From Octopus sinensis (lineage: Eukaryota): a stretch of 64,000 nucleotides of DNA. The DNA lies in NCBI RefSeq assembly GCF_006345805.1, contig NC_043008.1, positions 56,668,001-56,732,000 of the forward strand, given 5' to 3'. The translations under genes and the position numbers were made by a program. Under the pieces are notes generated by a model that did no database searches, had not been told where the DNA came from, and saw only the letters and a list, made by a program, of their open reading frames with translations. Shown one piece after another: positions 40,374 through 53,297 of the stretch; position 1 is the first letter of the stretch, and every line of letters starts with the position of its first letter.

Positions 40374-40721
40374 GAAATAAGATAATTAATGTAAAAAATA
40401 AATATCACTGAAGCAAAATAACACCAATATATAGTGCGTGTGTTTTATTGGCTAAACTGGCAATATGACCATTCCGAAATATAACAATATCTGTTTCAAC
40501 ACACGACTTCACATAAAAAATCGTGCACAACAAATATTTAAACGTATATATATATATATATATATAATATATATATACGACTGGCTTCTTTCAGTTTCCT
40601 TCTACCAAATCCACTCACAAGACTATAGTAGAAGACACTTGACCAAGGTGCCACGCAATGGGACTGAACCCGGAATCTTGTGGTTCGTAAGGAAGCTACT
40701 TACCACACAGCCACACCTAAT

Positions 40722-41481
40722 AATACTTTCTACAACAGGTACAAGGTCTGATGTTTTGGGAAGGAGACTAGTCGATCGCATCGACCCTAGTGTTTCACTG
40801 GTACTTATTTCATCGACCTCGAAAGGATGAAAGGCAACGTCGACCTCGGCGGAATTTGAACTCAGAGCGTAGCGGCAGATGAAATACCTATTTCTTTACT
40901 ACCCACAAGGGGCTAAACACAGAGGGGTCAAACAAGGACAGACATAGGTATTAAGTCGATTATATCGACCCCAGTAACTGGTACTTAATTTATCGACCCC
41001 GAAAGGATGAAAGGCAAAGTCGACCTCGCCGGAATTTTAACTCACAACGTAACGCAGACGAAATACCTATTTCTTTATTACCCACAAGGGGCTAAACTTA
41101 GAGGGGACAAACAAGGACAGACATAGGTATTAAGTCGATTACATCGACCCCAGTGCGGAACTGGTACTTAATTTATCGACCTCGAAAGGATGAAAGGCAA
41201 AGTCGATCTCGGCGGAATTTGAACTCAGAGCGTAGCGGCAGACGAAATACCTATTTCTTTACTACCCACAAAGGGCTAAACACGGAGGAGACAAACAAGG
41301 ACAGACAAACGGATTAAGTCGACTATATCGACCCCAGTGCGTAACTGGTACTTAATTTATCGACCCCGAAAGGATGAAAGGCGAAGTCGACCTCGGCGGA
41401 ATTTGAACTCACAACGTAACGCAGACGAAATACCGCAAAGCATTTCGCCCGGCGTGCTAACGATTCTGCCAGCTCGCTGCC
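40722..41481 (-). repeat. Tandem array of family 3 bodies (180-184-bp period) with a single head
   Basis: CTGGTAC anchors at 40798, 40978, 41161 and 41345. Junction GAAATACCTATTTC occurs three times. Confidence 0.9.
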
Positions 41482-41988
41482 TTTTTCATCCACTATTAAT
41501 AATAATACCATTTGTATATTCCACGCGATTCTACCTGTATCTGATTATTGAGTATTCTCATATTTCATGAACGATGCTTGTTTCTTTGTCTATCATATTG
41601 ATACATTCACAACAAAATAATTTTTATTATAAATAATGCTTAAGAATCCGCAATTCAAAGAAAATAGTAAACATGTTTTATACAAAGAGAAGTATAATTT
41701 TATCATTGTTTTAAAAAACATTTATTGAAACACTATGGTTTTCCTCACAGACCAGCATTACAGAAGTTTTTGATTGCATGAAATGGCTTCAAATTTTTTC
41801 GTACACAAAGAAATATTTCTAAAGGAAACCGATAAGATGTTTGTTCACACAGCGATTGTGAGATTGTTTCATTTGAGATGTTTGCAATGTTATGATATTT
41901 CCATGTTATATTGAATACGATGTGCTAATGTTCATGTTTATATTTTTAATGTTAAAACAACTGCAATTGTAAAATGCTAATGTGTGTG

Positions 41989-42062
<74 letters not shown>

Positions 42063-42104
42063 TATATATATGTGTCTGGTATTTATGATCAATATATAAA
42101 GTTC

Positions 42105-43090
42105 AAATTTATAGAAAAACACAGACCAAGACGTGTAAGAACAAGAAGCAAGTGTAATAGTTTGACGTTCGGGAAAAATGGAAACATCTTTTACGTTTCG
42201 AGCCTACGCTCTTCTTCAGAAAGTAATAAGAGAAAATAAACAGAGAGATTGAAAGAAAAACGTGTTGAGTTCAGTGGTCCAACATGACAAATGATTGGAA
42301 AAATAAGGTAGAAAGGGAGATAATTCATGGTGGTCCCAACAAGATGAAAGTGCACAAGCCTGTGTGTGTATGTGAGTATGGTGTAAGTGTGTAAATGTGT
42401 ATGTGTAAAGGGGGACGAGTGAGTTTGACGTGTGTGTGTCCGTGTGTAACGTGTGTAACGTGTGTATGTGTGTGTTGATGTGTGCTTTTTGTGCACATGT
42501 GGTTTGTGTACATGTGTGTGTATGTGTGTCACTGACCAGATAGGGTGCATAGGGTATGTAAGTGAGCGAAAGCTATCTTTGTCTGTGTGTGTCGAGTGTG
42601 TTTACGCATGTTGCGTGTACTTATGGGTGTATATTGTCTGTGTTCAGGTATTATGTGCTTGTGAGGGCGTGGGAGTGTGCATGATGGTGTGTGGGGTGTG
42701 TATTGAGTAACGCAGTGTGTGTGGCTCCAGATATAGAGGTACCTATTGAAGATTGAGTGTGTGTAGGATGGTGTGTTGTGTGGAAAGGTGCTGTGGGTGG
42801 GTGTGTGTGTAATGGCGCGTGAAGTGAGTAATGGGTTTAACAGTGTGTATGTGTGTGTGTATATAGTGGTGCGTGTGGGTGAGAATACCGATGTGTGGCA
42901 GTATGCAGGTGTGTAGTTGGATTGTGTGGGAGTTGAGTGGGAATCCCCGTGGGGGTGGTGTCAAATGAAGAAAGGATGTGAGGATGGTGTCAGATGAAAA
43001 GAGGGGAGTTGAGACCATTTGGCGCAAAGGAACGAAGAGAGCAAATTAAATCTTCTTCACGGTGAAGGCGGGATTTCGGGTGGACCCTCT
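42105..43090 (-). mobile_element. 5'-truncated Penelope-like element 3' end (endonuclease C-terminus, CA-rich 3' region, hammerhead, tail)
   Basis: 43088-42990 translates RVHPKSRLHREEDLICSLRSFAPNGLNSPLFI*, matching the PLE GIY-YIG ending RE..LI..L....P.GLN. The hammerhead lies downstream on the same strand. Confidence 0.75.
42188..42223 (-). ncRNA. Minimal type I hammerhead, intact core, sense to the host pre-mRNA
   Basis: CTTT-CTGAAGA-A-GAGC(GTAG)GCTC-GAAA-CG-TA|AAAG. Helix III has no loop and contains the palindrome ACGT. Lies downstream of a GIY-YIG C-terminal remnant. Confidence 0.75.
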
Positions 43091-43988
43091 ACATATACAT
43101 ATATTTGCATTTATATAGACACACACGCACACACAATAACAGTCACACATACACATATATGTGAGCGTGTTTGTGTGCGTATGTGTTTATGTGCTTCTGT
43201 GGGAATATTTATATATAGGCATATATCTGTATCTCTCTCCCCCTTTTTCTTTTTCCTCTTTCGCTACACACACATACATACGCTCATTTATACAAATATT
43301 TTAAAACCTATATATATAGTTTTGCTATATTCATATCAAGAGAATGCCCATAACATACACGATCTGGTACCCAAGGTGATCGTGTTACATGTCCTCCCAT
43401 CTAACACCTTCATTGACAACTGTGATAGACACTGATCTAGAAAAACTAAAATTATGCTGGCTGTATTGTATTACGTCAAGCGACGAGAAAAAAACCTCCT
43501 AGTCGCTAGCGATAACAGTATACGTCATGGGACGCTATTTGAAACTCCTAATGAAGTAGTTTTAATGCTTCATTGCAAATATTTGCGGTTTAATGATTGC
43601 GGTAGGGAAAATCTCGTAAGGTTACGGATTCAATTTCTGTAGAACGCAGCGAGATGTGTCTCTTATCAAGATCATTTCACATTCTTTCATTCTACTCAGC
43701 TGAGATGAATACTAAATGATTTCTTGTGCACGTCTTGCATCTCACCTTGGATAAATATATTGAGTTCCAGAGAAGTGTATCTATGCCTGCTCGTAACCAC
43801 ATAAGCACCTAAAACATTGTGCGTAAACATAGTACATGTAACCAAGCAACAGTTGCTTGTGAGCAATATCACTAGTTTTAGTGTACAACTGTCCAAGCAA
43901 TTACATACCAACATCCTAAAACTAAAATACAAATTTTAAAAAACCATTTTGAATGATGGCAGAAACGTTGACTCTTCAAGATATATAT

Positions 43989-44171
43989 GCATTATTTACA
44001 TTATTTACATTCCACGCATATTTGTCCTCATCTTGTTTGTAGTTTAAACAACGTTTCGGCTGATATACCCTCCCACGGGCATATAGCGTAGTGGTTAAGA
44101 GCGCAGGCTACTAACCCCAAGATTCCGAGTTCTATTCCAAGCAGTGACCTAAACAACAACAACAATAATAA

Positions 44172-44206
<35 letters not shown>

Positions 44207-44210
44207 ATAC

Positions 44211-44255
<45 letters not shown>

Positions 44256-44469
44256 GAAGAAGAAGAAGAAGAAGAACATCGAAAAATACCTTAGCAACGA
44301 GAAACCCAGGTTCGAGATTTCCCCCAGGACACCTAAAGAAGGCTGAAGGTTATATCTGCAGAAACGTTGTGTTAACAACAAACAAGATGAGGACAAATAT
44401 CCGTCGAATGTATGTAATATAAATAATGCAAATAACGTACATAATTCTTCATCTCTTAAATATAGAACT
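43989..44469 (+). mobile_element. tRNA-headed element with microsatellite linker and hammerhead-type tail, preceded by an inverted copy of its tail
   Basis: 44077-44150 carries A box TAGCGTAGTGG and B box GAGTTCTATTCC, then (AAC/AAT/TAC/AAG)n, then the tail 44275-44469. 43989-44073 is the reverse complement of about 44345-44430. Confidence 0.75.
44328..44373 (+). ncRNA. Decayed minimal hammerhead (core CTAAAGA)
   Basis: GACAC-CTAAAGA-A-GGCTG..CTGCA-GAAA-CG-TT|GTGTT. The inverted copy at 44047-44073 preserves the original helix II strand CAGCC-GAAACGTT. Confidence 0.55.
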
Positions 44470-45379
44470 ATATATATATACATATACATATGTGTGTGTG
44501 CATGTATATGTATGTGTGTTGGCAGATATATATATATATACATAGACGGGGGCTTATATATATAATATATATACATATATGCATACATATAGTAGTAGAG
44601 TTATATATGTATATATATATACTCATCCGTGTGTGTGCGTGCATATGTATATATGTACGCGGGCGCATGTGCTTATAAGTATATGCAAGTACATATATAT
44701 GTATTAGTACGCGCACAAACACGTGCATTTACGTGCACATTAATGCACATATGAACATACTACCCTTTTTTCTGACGGCTACTGCAAAGTCTTGCCGGTG
44801 GTTACTTATTCATAATGTCATATATATATCTATGTGTGAGTATGTGGGTTTATGTGTATATATATATATATATATATGGTAATAATGATGATGATGATGA
44901 TGATGATGATGATTCTGATGATGATGAATAACTAAATCCTCATGGAATAGCCGGAATCGATAAATGCATATTTATCCTTTCTTTTCCGTTTTATTAACAT
45001 AAGTTGTTTGTGAATATATAAATATTTCTTTGTAAGCAGTTTATGCGAGTTAGTCCCTGGACATTATATACTTTCAAACTAGCCAACATCCATTTATTTT
45101 AATTAACAAAATACTGCATATCTGTCTGGTCTCTCTCTCTTCTACTCCTCACTTTCGTGCATAAAATATGTATATATATATATTGCATATTTATTAGAAA
45201 GTTACGTAATATAGAGGTTGATTCTATGTGGTAACTGCCGCACGAAATCTTATTATTTCCGTACAAGAATTTAGAAACGGAGTGGCACAGAATGAATTTT
45301 AGATAAATACAAAATTGTGCTATATCCCTTCTTTGTTTCTGACTTGCTATTGCATGTTACTTTATGTGTGACGTACATA

Positions 45380-45479
45380 NNNNNNNNNNNNNNNNNNNNN
45401 NNNNNNNNNNNNNNNNNNNNNNNNNNNNNNNNNNNNNNNNNNNNNNNNNNNNNNNNNNNNNNNNNNNNNNNNNNNNNNN
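45380..45479. other. Assembly gap (100 N)
   Basis: Run of 100 N; true size unknown. Confidence 1.
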
Positions 45480-46528
45480 CTATTGAAAATTACAATTACA
45501 AAGATATCATAGACTGAAAGAATCGATACACTGAAGGAAATTAATCTCTCCAGCAAGCATAAAGCGAGTTTAGAATGCAACACGCAGCTGTTTAATAATT
45601 AAGTTATTTGTCAACTTTTCTAAAAAGGGCTTTCCCTGCTTGATTGTAACGTATAATCTAAAACTATGAATTCTTAGGTACCATGAAAGAATAGAATGAA
45701 CAAAGGGATAAATATTCAAAGCAGCTAGGATTTATAAGATGAAAGTCAACTGACACTTATCCATAAAGGGAAAACATAATAAAGGTTCACGTGAATTTCA
45801 AATGACGATGTTAGATAAGAATGAATGCGAATCGCATTTAACTACTAAATTCTTATTTATTTAAAACCATAAATTGTGTAAACTGAATAATTTTGACTTT
45901 ACTGGATAGTGGGTTTTCAGATACTGAGCATGTGTAAAAGCTTTCATGGCAGATATTCTAGAAGGTTTGACAAAGGTTAGTTTATTGTTTCTAAAGATCT
46001 AATTTAATATTGTAAAGCTCTTTGCCCTATGTTGTTTATCGTCTTCATGTTCCCTGGCTGTGTATTCTTTATATTTAGTGTAAATATCCAATAAAAACTC
46101 GGGTTGAACTGCAAACCTATGTGAGCTTCCTTTACAATACCGTAACAAAAGGAAAAGACCCAAACAACATTGTGTATCTTGGATTCTCCGTCGGTACCAA
46201 CGATGAACATTTAACTGATCAAATAACATAATTTCTACTCATGAAGTCAACAGGTGTCTATGCGACTGAGTATTCCACAGACACCGTAGCTATCTCATTG
46301 AATTTGCGTGACGCGATATGAAAAAGTTAACCGTTTGAAAAGTGAGTATGATTGAGTGAGAGAAATAACGAGAAACGCACAGAAAGAGCAAGGGCGAGGG
46401 AGAGAGAGGAGAGAGGGAGGAATAATCATGAATTCTAGATAGAAATTTTATATATCCCCAACAAGAAAAGTAAAGAAAAATTGAACTTAGCGAGAACTGA
46501 GGGATAAATGTGTATATATATATATATA

Positions 46529-46936
46529 GAAAATAGTAAAAAGTGAAAAGACTACAGAAGGCTTGTTTTAAAAGGTTAAAAAATATATATTTGAGTCAAT
46601 ATGTCTGAAGAATATTATAAATTTTTTTCTTACAATAACATAGTTTAGAAGAAATGACCGGTTTCCAGTTTAGCTTTTCAAATTTCTTACGTCGTTATGT
46701 TTATTTTGAGAAGAGTTATCGTTATGTTTATGTGGAAAAGAGTTCTAGATAAGGGGAGCGGTAATAAGTGATTTCTTCCGGTGTAAGGGAGATAAACGCG
46801 AAACCGGTCATTTCTTCTAAACTATGTCATTGTAAGAAAAAAATTTATAATATTCTTCAGACATATTGACTCAAATATATATTTTTTAACCTTTTAAAAC
46901 AAGCCTTCTGTAGTCTTTTCACTTTTTACTATTTTC
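46529..46936. mobile_element. MITE with 137-bp terminal inverted repeats and TA flanks
   Basis: 46529-46665 and 46800-46936 are reverse complements with one mismatch. 134-bp spacer; TA on both sides. Confidence 0.9.
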
Positions 46937-47025
46937 TATGTATTCAACCACGTATTTTCCACAAAACAACTTTCTCATCTATATCTATATAGATATATAT
47001 ATATATATATATATATAATGCTTGG

Positions 47026-47068
<43 letters not shown>

Positions 47069-47129
47069 ATATATATATAAATATATGCTTGCGTGTGTGT
47101 GTATGGTATATATATATATATATATATAT

Positions 47130-47168
<39 letters not shown>

Positions 47169-47169
47169 C

Positions 47170-47204
<35 letters not shown>

Positions 47205-47624
47205 ACTTGCTTTAAGGATATTGCAAAAGGCCTGATTGGGGGCCTAGCATTCGAGCTCTTTACAGGGCTTAAAAATACCGAAGAACAGCTGTCATAACTG
47301 TGTGAATATGAGAGGGGAATACGTTAAATAAGATCACCTAATTAACTGATCTTCCTGTATTTTGTTCTATCCAAAGAACCTCTTCGTATATATATATATG
47401 TGCGTGTGTATATATGTTTCAATGTGTATGTCCGTGTGACTAACTGTGTGTTTGTACACGTGTGTATACATGCAGTATTACCAGTCCAACCCATTTTATA
47501 TATATTTCTCTCATCAGATATCCTTTGAAACTACTTAAAGGACGCAAGGAGGTAAATAGTATGTAATCTTCTCTAAAACTTTCCGTGTCGTTGTTTCACA
47601 CAGGAAAAATGTATTACTAATCTG

Positions 47625-48026
47625 CTCTTTTACTCTTTTACTTGTTTCAGTCATTTTTTACTGCACCCATGCTGGAGCACCACCTCTAGTCGACCCCAGG
47701 ACTTATTCTCTGTAAGCCTAGTACTTATTCTATCGGTCTCTTTTGCCGAACCGCAATGTTATGGGTACGTAAACACACCAGCATCGGTTGTCAAGCGATG
47801 TTGGGGGAGCGAAAACAGAGACACACAAACATACACACACACTTACATATATATACATATATACGACGGGCTTCTTTCAATTTCCATCTACCAAATCCAC
47901 TCACAAGGCTTTGGTCGGCCCGAGGCTATAGTAGAAGACACTTGCCCAAGGTGTTAAGCAGTGGGAATGAACCCGGAACCATGTGGTTAGTAAGCAAGCT
48001 ACTTACCACACAGCCACTCCTGCGCC
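47625..48026 (-). mobile_element. SINE family 1 copy
   Basis: Complete head and tail motifs. Confidence 0.85.
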
Positions 48027-48422
48027 TAATCATTTATACATAACGCACATTTAACAAAATTGATTTACATATTTTAAATAACTGTATGTATATAACAAGA
48101 ACACGGTTATAAACTTGACTGGGCAGAATATATATTTTGAAAGCTAATTAACATCTGATCATAAGAAATTCTAAGATTCCCAACGATATCATAAGAAATT
48201 GGCTTTAGTTACTTTTATAAAAATATACAAATAGCAACGAAAAACTGGCGAAAACACTATAGAGTGTCTGTTTAGACGCTGGGAGAAAGCTAAAGTTGTG
48301 ATAATCATGAGAAATAAAATCAAGAAGTAATCACACAGTGGTAAAGCACCATGAAAATATAGCCATTTTGTAATATGAAAAGGAAATAAATAGATGTGTT
48401 TGTACGCATATATATATAAATA

Positions 48423-48455
<33 letters not shown>

Positions 48456-48632
48456 CTATACATGTGGTGTGTATTATATGTATATACGTATGCGTGCGCT
48501 TGCGTTTGTGTGTGTGTGTTATACTCATTTCGATTTCATGGTACAAACAGAATGACTGTAATTTCATGGTGCGTTGGTGCTGAATATTTACAAGTTTCTA
48601 AGAGTTAGATATGTAATCTCATCAATATTATA

Positions 48633-48663
<31 letters not shown>

Positions 48664-48718
48664 CTGTGTATGTGTGTGTATATATATATATATGTATATT
48701 ATATATATATATATATAG

Positions 48719-48751
<33 letters not shown>

Positions 48752-49049
48752 TATACATATATGTATACATGTATATGCGTATATATATGATGTATATATT
48801 ATATATATATACATATATACAGCAGGGTGCTAATATCTGCATGAATCAATGGATTAGAAGATGTGTTTAATATCTTTTAAAAGCAAAAGAATGTAAGTTA
48901 TAAGAAATAATTCAAGTTGACGATTTGTACTTTTACTATATATTTGAATATTTCGGAGCTGGGGCCACTTTTCAAGCAATCTTCGGGGAAAAAGTTATTA
49001 GGTGAACCTTCTGTATGCATGTATGTATGTATGTATGTATGTATGTATG

Positions 49050-49080
<31 letters not shown>

Positions 49081-49483
49081 GTATGTATGTATGTATGTAT
49101 GTATGTATGTATGTATGTATGTATGTATGTATGTATGTATATATATGTATGTATGTGTGTGCGTGTGTGTGTATGTATACAAATGTACTGTACTGCATGC
49201 CTTGAATGTAGTTCTTTATTTTTCTTTTAAGTTCATAGTTATCTTTAAATCCTATAGCTATATCTATGTGGTCGCTCGACCTGATTTCCTTTTTGCTAGT
49301 ATCTTTTAGCGAAATGTTGAGGGAGGGCCATGCTGAGTCTTTCCCGCTTTCCGAATGAAATTTGCACGAAATAAGTTAACTAAGATTGGGAAGCTGGCCC
49401 AAACCATCACTGTGGAGTTTTCTCTCCTAAAATCACACAGAGGGTGACAAATGATGTGCATAACATTAAAAAATGAGTTAAAG

Positions 49484-49591
<108 letters not shown>

Positions 49592-49668
49592 ATATCTATA
49601 TATGAATCAACTTCAACTCATTTTAATATATATATTTATATACAACACACACACACACACACACACCC

Positions 49669-49735
<67 letters not shown>

Positions 49736-49754
49736 TATATACATACATACATAT

Positions 49755-49885
49755 ATATACAGTTCAAATTTACAGAAAAATTGCAGACAGGTGACTGAAC
49801 AACAAGCAGGTGTGTTTGTTTAACGGTTGGAAAGAATAGAAAGATCTTTTGTGCTTCGAGCCTACTCTCTTTGGAAGACAGAACT
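49755..49885 (-). mobile_element. Decayed copy of the 42.1-42.25 kb PLE tail (hammerhead core destroyed)
   Basis: Shares AGTTCAAATTTA.AGAAAAA and TCTTTT...TTCGAGCCTAC.CTCT with 42100-42220. Core reads CCAAAGA...GAAG. Confidence 0.6.
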
Positions 49886-49966
49886 ATATATTTCTGTATA
49901 TGTTTGTGTGTGTGTGTGTGTATGTATTTCTCTTTGTGTGTGGTGTGTGTGTGTGTGTGTGTGTGC

Positions 49967-50010
<44 letters not shown>

Positions 50011-50226
50011 TTTATAGGGCTTACTATGCCATATTTGATTTAATCAACCACTCAACATCTGAAGCTCTCAAATTCCTACTACGAAATTCATTCACAAGAT
50101 ATTACCCTCGAAATTATAGTAGGCAACGTTTACCTAATGTTTTTAGCAGTAGCATCGCATGTAAAGCAACCTGCTTGTGAAGTAAACCTTTTACTCACAC
50201 ACCTATGTCTAATGTAGAATTGGTTC

Positions 50227-50633
50227 GACTGTGGCTTTGAAACCTGGACGTTATCAAAGAAGCTTGAGAGGCGGTTGGATGGAACCTACACTCGCCTCCT
50301 TATGAGAGCTCAAAATCTCTTGTGGAAGCGCCATCCAACGAAAATGCAAATATATGGGAAACTACCATCTGTGTCATCTCTTGTGAAAGGTAGGAGAGTC
50401 CAGTTTGCTGGACATTGTTGTAGAGCTGAAAATGAGGTCATTTCTACTCTTCTCCTCTGGAAGCCATCTACTCGCAATACCAGAGGGCGCACACTCTCCT
50501 ACTCTGATGTAATCTCCAGGGATACAGGCATCCAGCAACTGGACCTCCGTAATGCCATGATGGACCGCGAAGTCTGGCGTAGCATGGTAAATTCCATTGT
50601 CTCGACCACGGTCGAACAATGATGATGATGATG
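50227..50633 (+). mobile_element. RTE-type non-LTR retrotransposon 3' fragment with (TGA)n tail
   Basis: Translates ETWTLSKKLERRLDGTYTRLLMRAQN..W...RRVQFAGHC.R...W (post-RT C-terminal domain), followed by TGATGATGATGATG. Confidence 0.85.
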
Positions 50634-51169
50634 TCTAATGTATAGAGTATGTTTCTTTGCCCTAGGTGACAGGAAGAAACACGGCAAAAATGGAAACAGC
50701 ATTGAATGAAGATGCTAATATAATATAAGATAAGAAGAATATAATGATAAGAAGAATGACAAATAATAATCGTTTTCGCTATAGGCAGAAGACCGAAAAT
50801 TTTAGGGGAGGGAGGCCAATCGATTATATCGATTCCAGTGATCCTCTGGCGCTAATATTATCAGCCTGGAAATGCAAAATCGATCCCGACAGAATTTGAA
50901 CTCTGAACGTAGAGACGGACGAAATGTCCCTAAGCATTTTGCCTCGCGTGCTAATAACTCTGCCAGCTCATCGCCTTGATAACAATAGCAGCAGCAGCAA
51001 CAACAACAACAACAACAACAACAACAAAAACAACAACAACAACAATAATAATAATGATAATAATAATAATATTAATGATAATGATAATGATAATGATAAT
51101 GATAATATTCATTTTCTTTGCACATCTTCTAAAGCTGGAGATGTACTACGGTGCAGCTGTTCGCTATCA

Positions 51170-51382
<213 letters not shown>

Positions 51383-51719
51383 GAGTGAGAGAGCAGTGCA
51401 TACCATCAAAGTGACACTGGGGTAAAATATACGAAGCCCAGTATACCCATCATGACTACCCGTCTGAAAAGGGTACACTAGGCACTTGCATCACAACCAT
51501 ATGTGCGTGACATGGTGATCTCATATCAAGAAAAACAGCGCATGACCTTGCAGGTGAAGCCCAGTTAGAATTTTTCTTCTGGTCGAGTAGCCCATCCCGC
51601 TCAAAAGGTCCCTGAATAAGGGTTATTTAAGGATGTTAAACGAAACGCCCATGTTTCCAAAGGTGAATTATCCAAACCTCCAAGAATTTCTTTCAACACA
51701 CGGTTATGATGCTCCCCCT
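51383..51719. mobile_element. About 340-bp non-coding element embedded in (ATT)n, unclassified
   Basis: GC-richer island bounded on both sides by ATT repeats; no ORF of recognisable homology. Confidence 0.5.
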
Positions 51720-51721
51720 TA

Positions 51722-51870
51722 TTATTATTATTAATATATCATGAAAAATCTCAGCTTTATTTTGCTGGGTATGATCGAAAGTGTCAGCTGCTTATAGCCA
51801 GCAGACTAAGGTGGCACTTGTTTACTGATCATGCTTCAAGAATCCTGTGGAGAACTACTTGCAGCTCAAA
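51722..51870 (-). mobile_element. 3' tail of the same RLE-type family as 55430-55580
   Basis: Reverse complement aligns with 55450-55580 (GCAAGTAGTTCTCCACA.GATTCTTGAAGCAT...CTGCTGGCT...GAGATTTTTCATGATATATTAA). Confidence 0.7.
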
Positions 51871-52642
51871 GTGCTCAACTGGTATATATTTTAACGATCC
51901 CAGAAAAGTGAACTGGGAAGACGACCTCGCTGTTATTTGATCTCAGAGCACAAATAGGTGGAAAAACATTTTTTCGACGTATTAAGAGAGAATATTATAA
52001 ACTCATTGAGATAATGAGCAAAACAACCAAATGCTCCAAGCAAAGTAACAGGAGCCATGGTGTAGTTGTTCAATAACTAAAATCATAACCTAATACTAAA
52101 TAAATTTGAAAGACTAATATACAAATTCTTCCTAATATTTTATTTATTAACAGAAAAAATATTTCCTTAGCACTTGAATGAAATAATAATGAATAACTTG
52201 AACGAATAACTGCTTCGACACCCTCATGGTAATATAATATTTGTTACAAATGCAAGATAGTCGGGGTTCTCTGTAACTAGTAAATTATTTGAAAAATATG
52301 TAATAGGAGCATGTGTATAAAGCAAAGAATAAAGAATTACCATTGTAAAAGGACATAATGATTAACAGTAACAGAAAATAATTATTTTGTTAAGAATAGC
52401 AGTGAATCAAAGCAATTTTTGAGAGGATAGACACTTTTGGAAAGGACGGATAAAGAGTAAAAGATATTTTTTGAAAAAGAAACGAAAGAGCAGCTTGGAA
52501 ATGAAATTACAAGCTGTGTTGTGAAAAACGATGGCAAGAAATTCCAATGCAACGTCAATATCTGTCAAATTCTACAGAAACTAAAGTGGATGGAAGGCAA
52601 AAATAATAATAATAATAATAATTAATAATAATAATAATAATA

Positions 52643-52683
<41 letters not shown>

Positions 52684-52851
52684 TAATAATGATAGTCATA
52701 ATAATAATATAATAATAATAATAATAATGAAGATGATGATGAGTGTGAGAAAGGTGCAGGTCTCAAAGCTGACACACACAGAATATATTTCTTATTGCCA
52801 CAGAATACCAAAGTATTCACATGCGTGCGTACATACATACACACACATACG

Positions 52852-52911
<60 letters not shown>

Positions 52912-52926
52912 TGTGTGTGTGGTGTG

Positions 52927-52957
<31 letters not shown>

Positions 52958-53237
52958 TGGTGTGTGTGTGTGCGTGCGTGTGTTTGCATGTGTTTGTCTG
53001 AAAAAATGAATGTATGTACATATATGTATATACCACATGGACTGGTGTGAAATACAAAATTATTTTTATATGCAGAATATGTGGAACCTGTAGATAAACA
53101 TTCAATCATGCAGTATCTAACTGACAAGTCTTCGGCAAAATGAAATGTACAACCGTACACGTATAGCGGCATTGTAGCTTTACTATCTCCGGAAAATATG
53201 CCAAAATCAAAGAAATAACTTAAAACAATACTAGCAT

Positions 53238-53251
53238 CATTATTATTATTA

Positions 53252-53297
<46 letters not shown>

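Larger units (their letters stand above)
39301..40490. mobile_element. Penelope-like element 3' end (39965-39301, minus) plus inverted copy of its tail (40115-40488, plus)
   Basis: 39960-39919 translates ENKPSLNRKLDGQ* (PLE-type KPSLN ending). About 375-bp near-identical inverted arms, each with a hammerhead-like fold. Confidence 0.65.

Noticed and set aside
40722-41481. CRISPR-like or retrozyme interpretation of the 180-185-bp arrays
   Set aside because: No unique spacers, eukaryotic context, and no hammerhead core found in the unit on either strand.
43747-43809. 63-nt AG…GT-bounded candidate exon on the minus strand
   Set aside because: Neither open frame resembles the expected …DAV.AFA.AL| sequence.
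46004-46229. Two overlapping non-repetitive minus-strand ORFs (MFIVGTDGESK…, MLFDQLN…)
   Set aside because: The FIVGTDG resemblance to mGluR WIGSDGW or to DDE motifs is superficial; there are no matching downstream motifs or convincing splice sites. A TBLASTX search could revisit it.
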